Assembly (NCBI GenBank): GCA_965248445.1
Contig: CBDFJG010000001.1
Coordinates: forward strand, 256,001 to 320,000
Reading direction: 5' to 3'
Source: Planctomycetota bacterium
GTDB lineage: Bacteria; Planctomycetota; JAJSAM01; JAJVHW01
DNA length: 64,000 nt
Positions 8,408-17,087 of the stretch are shown one piece after another; positions within the stretch are counted from its first letter, which is position 1, and every line of letters starts with the position of its first letter. Below the pieces are notes generated by a model. That model saw only the letters and a program-made list of their open reading frames with translations. It ran no database searches and had not been told where the DNA came from. The translations under genes and the position numbers were made by a program.

Positions 8408-10632
8408 GCCGCCGGAGTCTCGTTCCCGGGCAGTGGCGCCGGGAGGTCGAGCACCGAGAGGAACGTCTTGCGGCGCTCGACCTGCTCCTTCTCCGCGCAG
8501 TTGCGCTGCCCCCAGCGATCGCCCACGACGATCGCGACCTCCTGGGCGCGCGTGACCGCGGTGTAGAAGAGGTTGCGGTGGTGCATGAACGAGTGCGCCT
8601 TGTGGATCACCACAACGGCGCACGGGAACTCCGACCCCTGCGCCTTGTGGATCGTGAGCGCGTAGGCGAGCTGGAGGTACTTGGCCTCTCCGCCCTCAGC
8701 GGTGAACCGGACCACGCCGCTGTCGAACGTGACGCGCAGATCGCCTCGTTGCGGGCCGACTCTCGTGACGATCCCGATCGCGCCGTTCATGACTCCGCGC
8801 TCGTAGTCGTTGCGCGTCTGGATGACGCGGTCGTTCAGCAGGAAGGCGGGCTTCCCGCCTTCGGGGACCTCCGGCGCCGCGACGTCCCAGAGCTTCTGCT
8901 GGACCAGCCCCTGGAGCAGGACGTTCAGCGCTCGGACACCGAGCGGGCCCTTCTTCTGCGGCGTGAGGAGTTGCACGTCAGCGAGCAGGTCGAAGCCCAG
9001 TCGGTCGACGAGCACGTCTTCGAAGAGCTCCAGGATGAAACGCTGCGCCTTGAGGGCGTCGCTGAACTGGTCCGCCACGTACCAGGGGCGGCGGCCGCAC
9101 GCTGTCTTCCTCGCCGTCTTGCGGACGTCGTCGTCGAGGATGGCCAGCGAGTTCTCCTTGAGCGCGCCGGCCTGGCGGACGACGTCCCGCAGGATGATGG
9201 TCGGGAGTGGGCGGCGATCGATCAGGTCCCGGAGCAGATTCCCGGGCCCCACGGGCGGGAGCTGGTTGTGGTCGCCGACGAGGACGAGCGCGGTCTGCGA
9301 CAACCGCAGGGCGTGGTAGAGGTGCCACGCCAGCGGCACGTCCAGCATGGAGACCTCGTCGACGATGACAGCGGCGGCAGTGAGGGGATTCTCGTCGTTG
9401 CGCTCGAAGTGCCGACCGTTGTACTCCAGCATCCGGTGGATGGTGACCGCAGGGTGGCCGACGACCTCTTCGAGCCGCTTCGCGGCCTTCCCCGTGGGGG
9501 CGGCGAGGAGCACCTTGAGGCCCCGGCGCTCGTACGTCCGGACGAGGGCAGCGAGCGTGTAGGTCTTGCCCGATCCGGCGCCGCCGGAGATGACGCACTG
9601 CCGGTGGGAGGCGGCAGCGATGACGGCTGCGCGCTGGTCGCCATTGAGGTCGGGCTCCAGGTGGGCGAGTTCGGATTCCAGGTCCCCCGGGCCTTCGAAG
9701 TGGGGGTTCGGTGCGCGCCCGTCCGAGAGCGCGCTCGCAAGCTTGCACTCCATCTCGTAGAGGCTGGGCCGGGCGATCAGGAAGCGCTGTCCGAGCGGGA
9801 ACCACGCGAGTTTCTTCTGATCGAGCAACTCGTTCAGCGTGGCCTCGATCCGTTCGCGTGCGTCGAGGGTGTCCAGCACGAGGAGCGCGTTCGCGCGATC
9901 GACGAGGTCCTCGAATTCGATCCAGCAGTCGCCGTCGTCCACGCTGCGGGTGACGCAGTGCAGCACGCCAGCGCGCAGCCGACCCGGGGCGTCCTTGGGC
10001 GTCCCGAGCTTGCGCGCCACGAGATCGATGCGCTTGAAGCCGAAGCCGCTGATGGCGCCGGCGATCAGGTAGGGGTCCTCCTTGAGGATCGCGATGACGT
10101 TGTTGGCGTACTTGTCGACGAGCGTTGTCACCTGGTGGTGCGTGAGCCCGTAGGCCGCGAGCCAGGTCATCGCCGCGTTCACAGCGCGCGTGCGCTCCCA
10201 GACGTCGGCGAGGTTGTCGATCACCTCGAGCGGGATGCGCGCCACTCGGGCGATGCGTTCGGGATCGGAGAGCAGGACCTCCTCGAAGTCCGCGCCGAAC
10301 GCCTGCGCGATGGCCTTTGCGCGAGCAGGTCCGATCCCGGACACGTCCGGGTGGTTCGCGAGGTAGTTGGCAAGCCCCTCCGGATCGAGCGGCAGATCGT
10401 GCAGCAGGCCCGTCACCTTGAACTGCCGCCCGTACTTCTTGTGCCGGCCCCACGCGCCGGTGAACACGACCCGGTCCTGCTCGCGCACCATCACGGGGCC
10501 AGCGAAGGACGCGATCGATCCGTCCGCTGCGCGCAGCCGCCCGGCCGAGAAGTCGGGGCTCTTGAAGAAGATCCTCTCGACGACTCCCCGAAGCGTGGTC
10601 GCCTCGCGCCGTGCGGTGGCCGCGCCCCTCAT
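8404..10632 (-). CDS. recD2: RecD2-like SF1B helicase
   Basis: LRGVVERIFF, HhH GIGPARA, EDPYLI..GFGFKRID, GGAGSGKT, APTGKAAKRL, IVDEVSMLD, GDHNQLPPVG, LAYALTIHKAQGSEF, FYTAVTRA; ATGA overlap at 10629-10632. Confidence 0.93.
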   Translation of the reverse strand: MRGAATARREATTLRGVVERIFFKSPDFSAGRLRAADGSIASFAGPVMVREQDRVVFTGAWGRHKKYGRQFKVTGLLHDLPLDPEGLANYLANHPDVSGIGPARAKAIAQAFGADFEEVLLSDPERIARVARIPLEVIDNLADVWERTRAVNAAMTWLAAYGLTHHQVTTLVDKYANNVIAILKEDPYLIAGAISGFGFKRIDLVARKLGTPKDAPGRLRAGVLHCVTRSVDDGDCWIEFEDLVDRANALLVLDTLDARERIEATLNELLDQKKLAWFPLGQRFLIARPSLYEMECKLASALSDGRAPNPHFEGPGDLESELAHLEPDLNGDQRAAVIAAASHRQCVISGGAGSGKTYTLAALVRTYERRGLKVLLAAPTGKAAKRLEEVVGHPAVTIHRMLEYNGRHFERNDENPLTAAAVIVDEVSMLDVPLAWHLYHALRLSQTALVLVGDHNQLPPVGPGNLLRDLIDRRPLPTIILRDVVRQAGALKENSLAILDDDVRKTARKTACGRRPWYVADQFSDALKAQRFILELFEDVLVDRLGFDLLADVQLLTPQKKGPLGVRALNVLLQGLVQQKLWDVAAPEVPEGGKPAFLLNDRVIQTRNDYERGVMNGAIGIVTRVGPQRGDLRVTFDSGVVRFTAEGGEAKYLQLAYALTIHKAQGSEFPCAVVVIHKAHSFMHHRNLFYTAVTRAQEVAIVVGDRWGQRNCAEKEQVERRKTFLSVLDLPAPLPGNETPAA

Positions 10633-11063
10633 GACGAGAGCCGCCGGTGGTACAGGCAGAGCATCCCCTGCACGAACTGGCAGGCGATCTGCCGATTGCT
10701 GCAGAAGAACACCGGCACCCGGTGGTCCACGATGATCGAGAGCGTTGCGCCGAAGAGCGCGTGAGGGTGAGCGCCCGACCGGTAGCGGTGCGCGAGCACG
10801 TCCTCCATCGACGCCTCGACGACGACGCACGCCAGGTCGTAGCTGGCGAGGCGGCGGAGCTCCCGCGCGAACCGTTCCCGGGCATGGACGACGGTCGAAA
10901 CGAAGTCCTGGAGCGTCTTTCGCTCGACCGCCACCTGCGTCTCGCGACCCGCAAGCGAGTAGTCGCCGGCAGACAGTGCGCAGCGCACCGTCGTCACCCG
11001 GGAGGCATCGAAGCCATAGGGCTCCTGCTCCCGGGTGTCGATCGCGATGACGACGTCCTGCAC
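10629..11063 (-). CDS. Stand-alone ERCC4/XPF-family nuclease
   Basis: IAIDTREQ, LSAGDYSL, VAVERKTLQDF, VVVEA. Confidence 0.9.
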   Translation of the reverse strand: MQDVVIAIDTREQEPYGFDASRVTTVRCALSAGDYSLAGRETQVAVERKTLQDFVSTVVHARERFARELRRLASYDLACVVVEASMEDVLAHRYRSGAHPHALFGATLSIIVDHRVPVFFCSNRQIACQFVQGMLCLYHRRLSS

Positions 11064-11560
11064 TAGAAGGGGGTCAGCGCGTCGGAGGCCGCGGCGTCGT
11101 AGCCCGAGTCGCCGACCGGTCCGGGGTCGTCCACGGCGATGCGGCGGTTGAGGTAGACGTTGGTGTGCTCGCCGCGCGTGCGCTTGGTGACCTCGAGCTT
11201 GACGTCGAGGAGCTCGCCCAGGCGATCCTGCAGTTCCGAGACCTTCGCGAGGTCGAGGCCGCAGACGTGGAGGTCGTTCTTCAGCCACTTCATGTTCTCG
11301 CGCGTCGCGAGCACGTTGTGGCGGAAGAGCAGGCGGCCCTGGAACCGGGGCGCGATGATTCGCAGCACCCAGCTCAGCATCGGGTTGCCCGAGCTCTTGG
11401 CGCGCACGATCTCGACCTTGTCCACGTTGACCTGGTACTTGCCGTCGGGCACCTCGTCGAAGCTGCGCTCCTCGATGGGTGCCTGCTCGAAGTCGTCGTC
11501 GAACTGGGTCAGGTCGATGCTCGGGTCGCGAGCAGACCGGCCGTTGTTGGGGTTGTGCAT
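11063..11560 (-). CDS. DUF669-like phage single-stranded DNA-binding protein
   Basis: FDEVPDGKYQVNVDKVE..SSGNPML; acidic tail ending in PF; follows the AAA_24 gene. Confidence 0.75.
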   Translation of the reverse strand: MHNPNNGRSARDPSIDLTQFDDDFEQAPIEERSFDEVPDGKYQVNVDKVEIVRAKSSGNPMLSWVLRIIAPRFQGRLLFRHNVLATRENMKWLKNDLHVCGLDLAKVSELQDRLGELLDVKLEVTKRTRGEHTNVYLNRRIAVDDPGPVGDSGYDAAASDALTPF

Positions 11561-11576
11561 GGGATCTCCTGTGGGG

Positions 11577-12293
11577 TTACTTCTTGGCCTTGCTGGGACG
11601 CCCCGCCGTGAACGCGGCGAGGAACTTGTCGTAGTCGAGGTCGATCACCTCGGGGAGGCGGCCGGTGCGGTCGCCGGCCTCGTACTGCGCGGAGGGCTTC
11701 GTGCGCATGACGCGGCGGACGACGGTCTTGCCGTCCTTGGCGACGCTCGTCTCCAGGTCGCAGAACAGGATCATGTCGACCATGCCGAGCACGATCCGCC
11801 GCGCCTTGTCGGGCAGCGTCGGGACGATGCGCATCACCTTGCCGGTGCGCGTCTCGAACTCGCGCTCGACCAAGTGCGACACGAGGAAGAGCCCGTAGGG
11901 GAGCAGCGCGAGCTTGTTCAGCACGCGGTGGAACTCGTTGTTCACCAGCGCGTAGCCTTTGCCGTAGGCGAGGTCGCTCTGGTGGTCGACCTTGAACTTC
12001 GCGCAGATGTAGTCCGCGCACATGCGGTACGCGTTGTCCACCGTGTCGAGCACGATCGTCTTGAAGGCGTGCTCGCCACGGCCGATCTCCGCACACGCGG
12101 CGAGGAGCTCTTCCCAGGTCCCGACCGGGGACTGGAACACCTCCAGGTTGTTGAGGCCCGCCTCGGTGGCGAGGAACAGCGCGTCGCCGGGCTGGCTGCA
12201 CCAGCTGGACTTCCCGATCTTGGTCGGGCCGTACACCAGCACGGTGAGGTCGGTCAGCGCATCTCGCGGGGGCGTCTTCGTGGTCGGCAGCAT
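11577..12293 (-). CDS. AAA_24 / Sak4-like phage ATPase-recombinase
   Basis: VLVYGPTKIGKSS, LFLATE, TIVLDTVD, YGKGY, FLVSH, YEAGDR. Confidence 0.85.
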   Translation of the reverse strand: MLPTTKTPPRDALTDLTVLVYGPTKIGKSSWCSQPGDALFLATEAGLNNLEVFQSPVGTWEELLAACAEIGRGEHAFKTIVLDTVDNAYRMCADYICAKFKVDHQSDLAYGKGYALVNNEFHRVLNKLALLPYGLFLVSHLVEREFETRTGKVMRIVPTLPDKARRIVLGMVDMILFCDLETSVAKDGKTVVRRVMRTKPSAQYEAGDRTGRLPEVIDLDYDKFLAAFTAGRPSKAKK

Positions 12294-12320
12294 GGGTTCT
12301 CCTTCATGGGTCATTTCAAT

Positions 12321-12455
12321 TCAGTTCGTTTCTTGGGATTGGCAGGCGTCGCCCTCGCACCCCGACGGCTCGGGCAGCCGTTCGAGCACGGCGCCGCACT
12401 TCGTGCACAGGCGCACGGCGGGGCCGGCGAGGACAGTGACCGCGTGCTCGCACAT
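12321..12455 (-). CDS. Small Cys-rich hypothetical protein (44 aa)
   Basis: MCEH..CTKC..C..C; ATG overlaps the stop of the upstream nuclease and fills the gap in a coupled operon. Confidence 0.5.
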   Translation of the reverse strand: MCEHAVTVLAGPAVRLCTKCGAVLERLPEPSGCEGDACQSQETN

Positions 12456-13477
12456 CAGAAGGGCGCGGCCTCGGCGGTCTCGGGGGAGTCCGCGTCGCGC
12501 AGTTCCTCGTGCGGAGCCACGCGCTGGTAGAGGTTGTCGATGACGTTGCTGCTCCCGCCCGAGCTGCAGAGCGCGAAGTACGCGCACGGGCGCCCCCAGC
12601 GGAAGCAGTACGAGGTGTTCTCGTAGAAGACGTTGCGCCGCCGCGCGTCGAGGAACGCCTGGGTCAGTTCCCAGAGCTCGGCGCGGAGCGTGTCGAAGCG
12701 GTCGCGCGAGATGTAGATCGGCTCGCGGTGGAACATCCCCGGCTCGTCGTACTTCGCCAGCAGCCGCGCCTGGAAGGCCTCGTCGCTCTCGGGCATGCGG
12801 CGCTTCGCGCTGCTCTTCCCGGTCTTCGACTTGGCGATCAGCGCGGCGCGGCGCTCTTCGTACTCGACCTCGGTCTCCCCGGCACGCTGCTTCAGCCGCG
12901 TCTTGACGAGCACGTTGTAGAGGACCCCGGAGATGCGGATCCCGAGGGCCTGCTCGACGTAGTACGCGTAGATCGTGATCTGGAAGTCGGTCCAGAGGCG
13001 CTCGAGGTAGCTGGCGTCCAGCACGCTCGCCGTCTTGTGCTCGAGCAAGAAGTGCTCGTCGCCGACGCGGACGATCCCGTCGACCTTCCCAGACAGAACG
13101 AAGCTCCGGCTCGCGGCGCCCGTTGCGGGGTTCACGATCCGGCCCGTGAACGTCTTCTCCAGCGCGACGACCTCGAAGTCCTCGGTCGGGTAACGGGCCG
13201 CGTAGCCGCGCATCATGGCAGTCGCGAGGTGCCACGTGCGGTGCTGGTCCTCATCGCGCGCTCGGTCCGCACATGCGCGGTCGACGTAGTCGAGGGCCGC
13301 CGCGAGATCGCGCGTCCCGTGCCAGATCTCCAGGCACTCGTGGATGAGCGAGCCGAACCGGAGGTTGCGGTTGCGCTCGAGCGGGACGAGCTCGAGCAGG
13401 TAGCGCCACTGCGCGGCCTTGCGGCAGTTGCGGAAGAGCGACCACATGGAGTAGGTGGTGACGAGGCGCTCGGTCAT
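12455..13477 (-). CDS. PD-(D/E)XK RecB-family exonuclease (phage type)
   Basis: TYS..FRNCRK, FGSLIHECLE, VALEK, LSGKVDGI, LLEHKT, QITIY, C..C..C C-terminal cluster. Confidence 0.88.
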   Translation of the reverse strand: MTERLVTTYSMWSLFRNCRKAAQWRYLLELVPLERNRNLRFGSLIHECLEIWHGTRDLAAALDYVDRACADRARDEDQHRTWHLATAMMRGYAARYPTEDFEVVALEKTFTGRIVNPATGAASRSFVLSGKVDGIVRVGDEHFLLEHKTASVLDASYLERLWTDFQITIYAYYVEQALGIRISGVLYNVLVKTRLKQRAGETEVEYEERRAALIAKSKTGKSSAKRRMPESDEAFQARLLAKYDEPGMFHREPIYISRDRFDTLRAELWELTQAFLDARRRNVFYENTSYCFRWGRPCAYFALCSSGGSSNVIDNLYQRVAPHEELRDADSPETAEAAPF

Positions 13478-13821
13478 CGGCCGTTCCTCGCGTGCACGGG
13501 CATCTCGGGCTGGCCGACACGCTCGTCCGAGGCGACTCGCTCGACGGTGAATGCGTCCTCGCCGAACTCGCGCGCCAAGAACCGCGTGAAGACGCGGGCG
13601 ATCGTCTCCCCGACCGGAGTGGTGGCGTCGACTACGCAGGCGCGCTGCCGTTCCTCCAAGAGGAAGGCGCCGTCCATGCGGACCTGCGCCTGGCCGTGGA
13701 CACCTTCGGCCGCGTAGACGGCGAGGAGCAGCGAGTCTTCGACCTCGGCGAGATCGACCGTCGGCCGGAATGAGTAGCGGTAGAGCGTGCGGGACATGCG
13801 TTTCTCCGAGGGCGCGTTCAC
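13474..13821 (-). CDS. Hypothetical protein of the integrative element
   Basis: Clean ORF coupled (ATGA) to the nuclease gene. Confidence 0.7.
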   Translation of the reverse strand: MNAPSEKRMSRTLYRYSFRPTVDLAEVEDSLLLAVYAAEGVHGQAQVRMDGAFLLEERQRACVVDATTPVGETIARVFTRFLAREFGEDAFTVERVASDERVGQPEMPVHARNGR

Positions 13822-13829
13822 GTGGGCCC

Positions 13830-14459
13830 CTACTGGTGTCCTACCGAGTTCGTGGGCGAAGTGGCGGTGGGCGGGACGTAGATCCGCAGACCCAGGCGCT
13901 CGAAGCGTGCGCGAATGCGCGTCATCCGATCTCTCACCGTCCGGCGGGGAACGCCGCTCTCGCGGGCGGCCTCGCTGGGTGTGCGCAGGCAGAGGGACTC
14001 AGCCAACTCCCGCAGGTCGTCGGGGAGTTCCCGGATCGCGGCGGCCGTGTCGATCTGCAGGTCGCGCCGGGAGTCTGCCTCCGTGACGCTGGGGGCGTCG
14101 CGGCGGGAGAGCCGCTGGTCGATCGTGGCCCAGCGTGGCTCGGGCTGCCCGGCGTCGTCGTTGGCCTCGTCTCCGAGGGAGGCGAACGTGAGACTGGCGC
14201 CTCGCTTCTTCGCGGCGCGCGTCTCCACCATCCGCGCGACCCGGTTGTTGACGACCCGGTGGACGAAGGTGCTGCGCTGGCACCGAGCTGCGTCGAAGCG
14301 AGGGAGGCGAGTGAGCAGATCGAGGAGGAGGTCCTGCTCGATGTCCTCGCGGTCAGCGACGGAGAATTCCCGTCGCCGGCTGAGCTGGCGCGCCTTCGTG
14401 CGGACGAGTCGGAAGGTGCGCGGGTCGATGCCCTGCTGGGCGGTAGTCGTGTGTGCCAT
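13830..14459 (-). CDS. Element-encoded sigma-70/ECF-like factor
   Basis: DREDIEQDLLLDLL..FDAAR..STFVHRVVNN (region 2); AIRELPDDLR..TPSEAARESGVPRRTV (region 4). Confidence 0.85.
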   Translation of the reverse strand: MAHTTTAQQGIDPRTFRLVRTKARQLSRRREFSVADREDIEQDLLLDLLTRLPRFDAARCQRSTFVHRVVNNRVARMVETRAAKKRGASLTFASLGDEANDDAGQPEPRWATIDQRLSRRDAPSVTEADSRRDLQIDTAAAIRELPDDLRELAESLCLRTPSEAARESGVPRRTVRDRMTRIRARFERLGLRIYVPPTATSPTNSVGHQ

Positions 14460-14530
14460 CGCCAGTCCCTGGCGACATGTCGCTGGGAACGGCGGATTCG
14501 GGGCTTGTCGAGGTCAGACGTTTGGCCTAA

Positions 14531-16199
14531 CCCGAATCGTTCACCAGCCGGGAATCTGAGCGGGCCGTCGTCTGTCTAAGTGCTCGTACGCGCCAGTACT
14601 TGCACCGACAGGAGCGCCGGCCCGATGACGACAGACTGTAGCCCGCAGGGGACCCTCTTCGCGGGCATCTGTGGACGCACCGCGGTGACGCGCTTCGACG
14701 CCGGTACCCTGACGAGCGACGGGGGCGTGCTGCTGCTCGAGCGGGTCGATCGTCGCATCGATCTGCTCTCGCGGTTTGCGCGCTGCTTCGGGGACCACCG
14801 GGACCCGCGTCGGGTCGAGCACACGGTCGGCCAGATGCTGCGTCAGCGGGTCTTCGGGCTGTGCGCGGGCTACGAGGATCTGGTGGACCACGACCATGTC
14901 GGCAAGGACCCGCTGTTTGCCGCGGCGTGCGGCAAGCGCGAGGGTGCTCTGGCCACGCACCCGACGCTCTCGCGGCTCGAGACCACGCAGCTCGGCGCCA
15001 CGGCACAGACGCGCTACGCCAAGATCGAGATGGACCAGGAGCGCGTGGACAGCGTGCTCAGCGACGTCTTCTGCGAGGCCATGGGGCCGGAGGATCCGGG
15101 CCTGCTCGTGCTGGACCTGGACCACTCCGACGTGCGGCTGCACGGCCGGCAGGAGGGCCGCTTCTTCCACGGCTACTACGGGCACTACTGCTACCTGCCG
15201 CTGTACGTCTTCTGCGGCGAGCACCTCTTGCTCGCTCGGCTCCAGACCGCTGACAGAGATCCCGCGCGCGGAGTCGTGGACGAGCTCCGTGCGCTGGTCT
15301 TACGTCTGCGGCGCCGCTGGCCCCGGGCCAAGGTGCTCGTGCGCGCAGACTCGGGCTTTTGCCGCGAGGAGCTGATGGCCTGGTGCGAGGCCGCCGGCCA
15401 CTTCTACCTGCTGGGCATGGCGCGCAATGAGCGCCTTGAGCGACACGTCGAAGACGCGCTCGATGAGGCCGCAGCCCGTGCCGTGCAGACCGGCCGAGCA
15501 GCCCGGGTCTTTCGCGACTTTGCCTGGACCACGCTGGGGAGCTGGAGCCAGAGGCGTCGCGTGGTCGCCAAGGCCGAGCACCTGCCGGGCGGCAAGCGCA
15601 ATCCCCGCTTCGTGGTGACCAATCTGCCGCCTCGTAGCTGGAGCAGCAAGCGTCTCTACGAGCAGCTCTACTGCGCCCGGGGCGAGGCGGAGAATCGCAT
15701 CAAGGAGCAGCAGCTCGAGCTCTTCGGCACCCGTCTGTCGGTGCACACGATGCAGGGCAACGCCGTGCGGATGGCCATGTCGGCCATGGCCTACGTCCTG
15801 ACCTGTGCGCTGCGACGCATCGGTCTCGCCGGCACCGAGATGGCGCGTGCGCAAGCCGGCACGATCCGCCTGCGGCTGCTCAAGATCGGCGCGCTCGTGC
15901 GGATCACGACGCGCCGGATCTGGGTCTCGATGTCCTCGTCGTGGCCCTGGCAGCACGTCTTCGAGCGCTGCGCGCAACGACTGCTGGCATCCCCGAAGCC
16001 GACCTGACGTCCCGCCGCGCCGTCCGCCACACCACCGCCCGGCCTACGGTCTGCCCACACCGCAGAATCCGCGCCGTTTCGGCCGCTCACTCGCGTTGCC
16101 CTTGTGGCAACGACGACAGCATCCGCCCTCGCCTGGCCAAGATCTGACCCTGTGGACTCCGAAAGCACCGTCATCGCGACGTCTCGTGAACAGATGCGG
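14531..16199 (+). mobile_element. IS1380-family insertion sequence, copy 1, 1669 bp
   Basis: Ends defined by identity with the inverted copy at 20355-22023; imperfect IRs CCCGAATCGTTCACCA / TCGTGAACAGATGCGG. Confidence 0.92.
14580..16007 (+). CDS. IS1380 transposase (DDE_Tnp_1_4)
   Basis: FDAGTLTSDGG, GYEDLVDHD, LDLD, HGRQEG..YCYLPL, RADSGF, YCARGEAENRIKE; start may be ATG 14625. Confidence 0.92.
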   Translation: MLVRASTCTDRSAGPMTTDCSPQGTLFAGICGRTAVTRFDAGTLTSDGGVLLLERVDRRIDLLSRFARCFGDHRDPRRVEHTVGQMLRQRVFGLCAGYEDLVDHDHVGKDPLFAAACGKREGALATHPTLSRLETTQLGATAQTRYAKIEMDQERVDSVLSDVFCEAMGPEDPGLLVLDLDHSDVRLHGRQEGRFFHGYYGHYCYLPLYVFCGEHLLLARLQTADRDPARGVVDELRALVLRLRRRWPRAKVLVRADSGFCREELMAWCEAAGHFYLLGMARNERLERHVEDALDEAAARAVQTGRAARVFRDFAWTTLGSWSQRRRVVAKAEHLPGGKRNPRFVVTNLPPRSWSSKRLYEQLYCARGEAENRIKEQQLELFGTRLSVHTMQGNAVRMAMSAMAYVLTCALRRIGLAGTEMARAQAGTIRLRLLKIGALVRITTRRIWVSMSSSWPWQHVFERCAQRLLASPKPT

Positions 16200-16636
16200 T
16201 TAGGCTCCTTCAAAGGCGCCGGAGCGAGCCGGAAGGGTGCCTGGCGCGCTTGGGAGGGAACCGCACGGGAGCCGCGGTTCCGACGACCTCGGCCGCCGCG
16301 CCGTCGTGCGGTTCCTCGCGGGGAGCCGCGGAGCCCACGTGTGTGTCCCCACGTCTCCGGCCAGCGTCTACCACGACAGGCGACGCCGGGAGAACGGTCG
16401 GGCTCCTCGAAGTCTGGCAACTCCTGGGCTATGTCGAACACCGCGAGGATTTCGGTGCTGGACTCGTGCGAGAGGCGCTCGGGAACGCGGGCGTGCGATC
16501 AAGGAGCCGATCGCCACGACCAGACGGCCGGCGATATCGGGCAGATTCGCATACAGGTGACATACGGCGGCTCGGGGCGCACCTGAAACGATCGCGGCCC
16601 GCAGACATAAATGCCTACGGGCCAGTCGTTTAGTAG

Positions 16637-16713
16637 TGGCGAGGGTGACGGGAATCGAACCCGCAACCTCCGGATCGACAGTCCGGTGCTCTAACCAATT
16701 GAGCTACACCCCC
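16637..16713 (-). tRNA. tRNA-Asp(GTC)
   Basis: GGGGGTG acceptor stem, anticodon arm CCGGA-CTGTCGA-TCCGG, GGTTCGATTCC, encoded CCA; 77 nt. Confidence 0.97.
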
Positions 16714-16740
16714 GCTTTGTCACGCTGCCGCTCGCTGGTT

Positions 16741-16817
16741 TGGTGGGCGATACAGGACTCGAACCTGTGACCCCGTGCGTGTAAAGCACGTGCTCTAACC
16801 AGCTGAGCTAATCGCCC
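16741..16817 (-). tRNA. tRNA-Val(TAC)
   Basis: GGGCGAT acceptor stem, anticodon arm CGTGC-TTTACAC-GCACG, GGTTCGAGTCC, encoded CCA; 77 nt. Confidence 0.97.
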
Positions 16818-16906
16818 CTTTGATGGCCCGCCGAGCCGAGGGCTCAGCACCGTCTCACGGGCCCTCTGTCGCGGCGGTCGGGCCGCCGGTCGCGAGAGGG
16901 CGGTAC

Positions 16907-16934
16907 ATCTTCGTGAGCGCGCGCGGAGGGTCAA
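16907..16934 (-). promoter_or_regulatory. Candidate sigma70 promoter of the tRNA pair
   Basis: TTGACC-16 nt-GAAGAT about 90 nt upstream of tRNA-Val. Confidence 0.35.
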
Positions 16935-17087
16935 CTTCTGCGCGCGAGGCGCGCCCGAGGCTCGGAGGCCGGGCAGCGTAGGGTTTGCGCGGCGTCGCAG
17001 GCGGGGTCGGGATAGCCTCTCGGGCTTCGACGCCGGGTGCCACTGGAAAGGCGCCGCAGACCGCGTCAGGTGAGTGGGGAGACTCTC

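Larger units (their letters stand above)
4550..14530 (-). mobile_element. Remnant of a phage-like integrative element (replication, recombination and integration module), cut at both ends by IS
   Basis: Co-directional, tightly coupled sigma-nuclease-AAA_24-SSB-ERCC4-RecD2-primase-xis-int; no virion or conjugation genes in the segment. Confidence 0.8.

Noticed and set aside
7378..10764. 1128-aa plus-strand ORF and many other long overlapping ORFs
   Set aside because: Antisense or alternate-frame shadows of motif-bearing genes in high-GC DNA; Arg/Pro-rich with no recognisable motifs
12455..13477. Cas4 / CRISPR adaptation gene
   Set aside because: No cas1/cas2 or array; the context is a phage-type recombination operon
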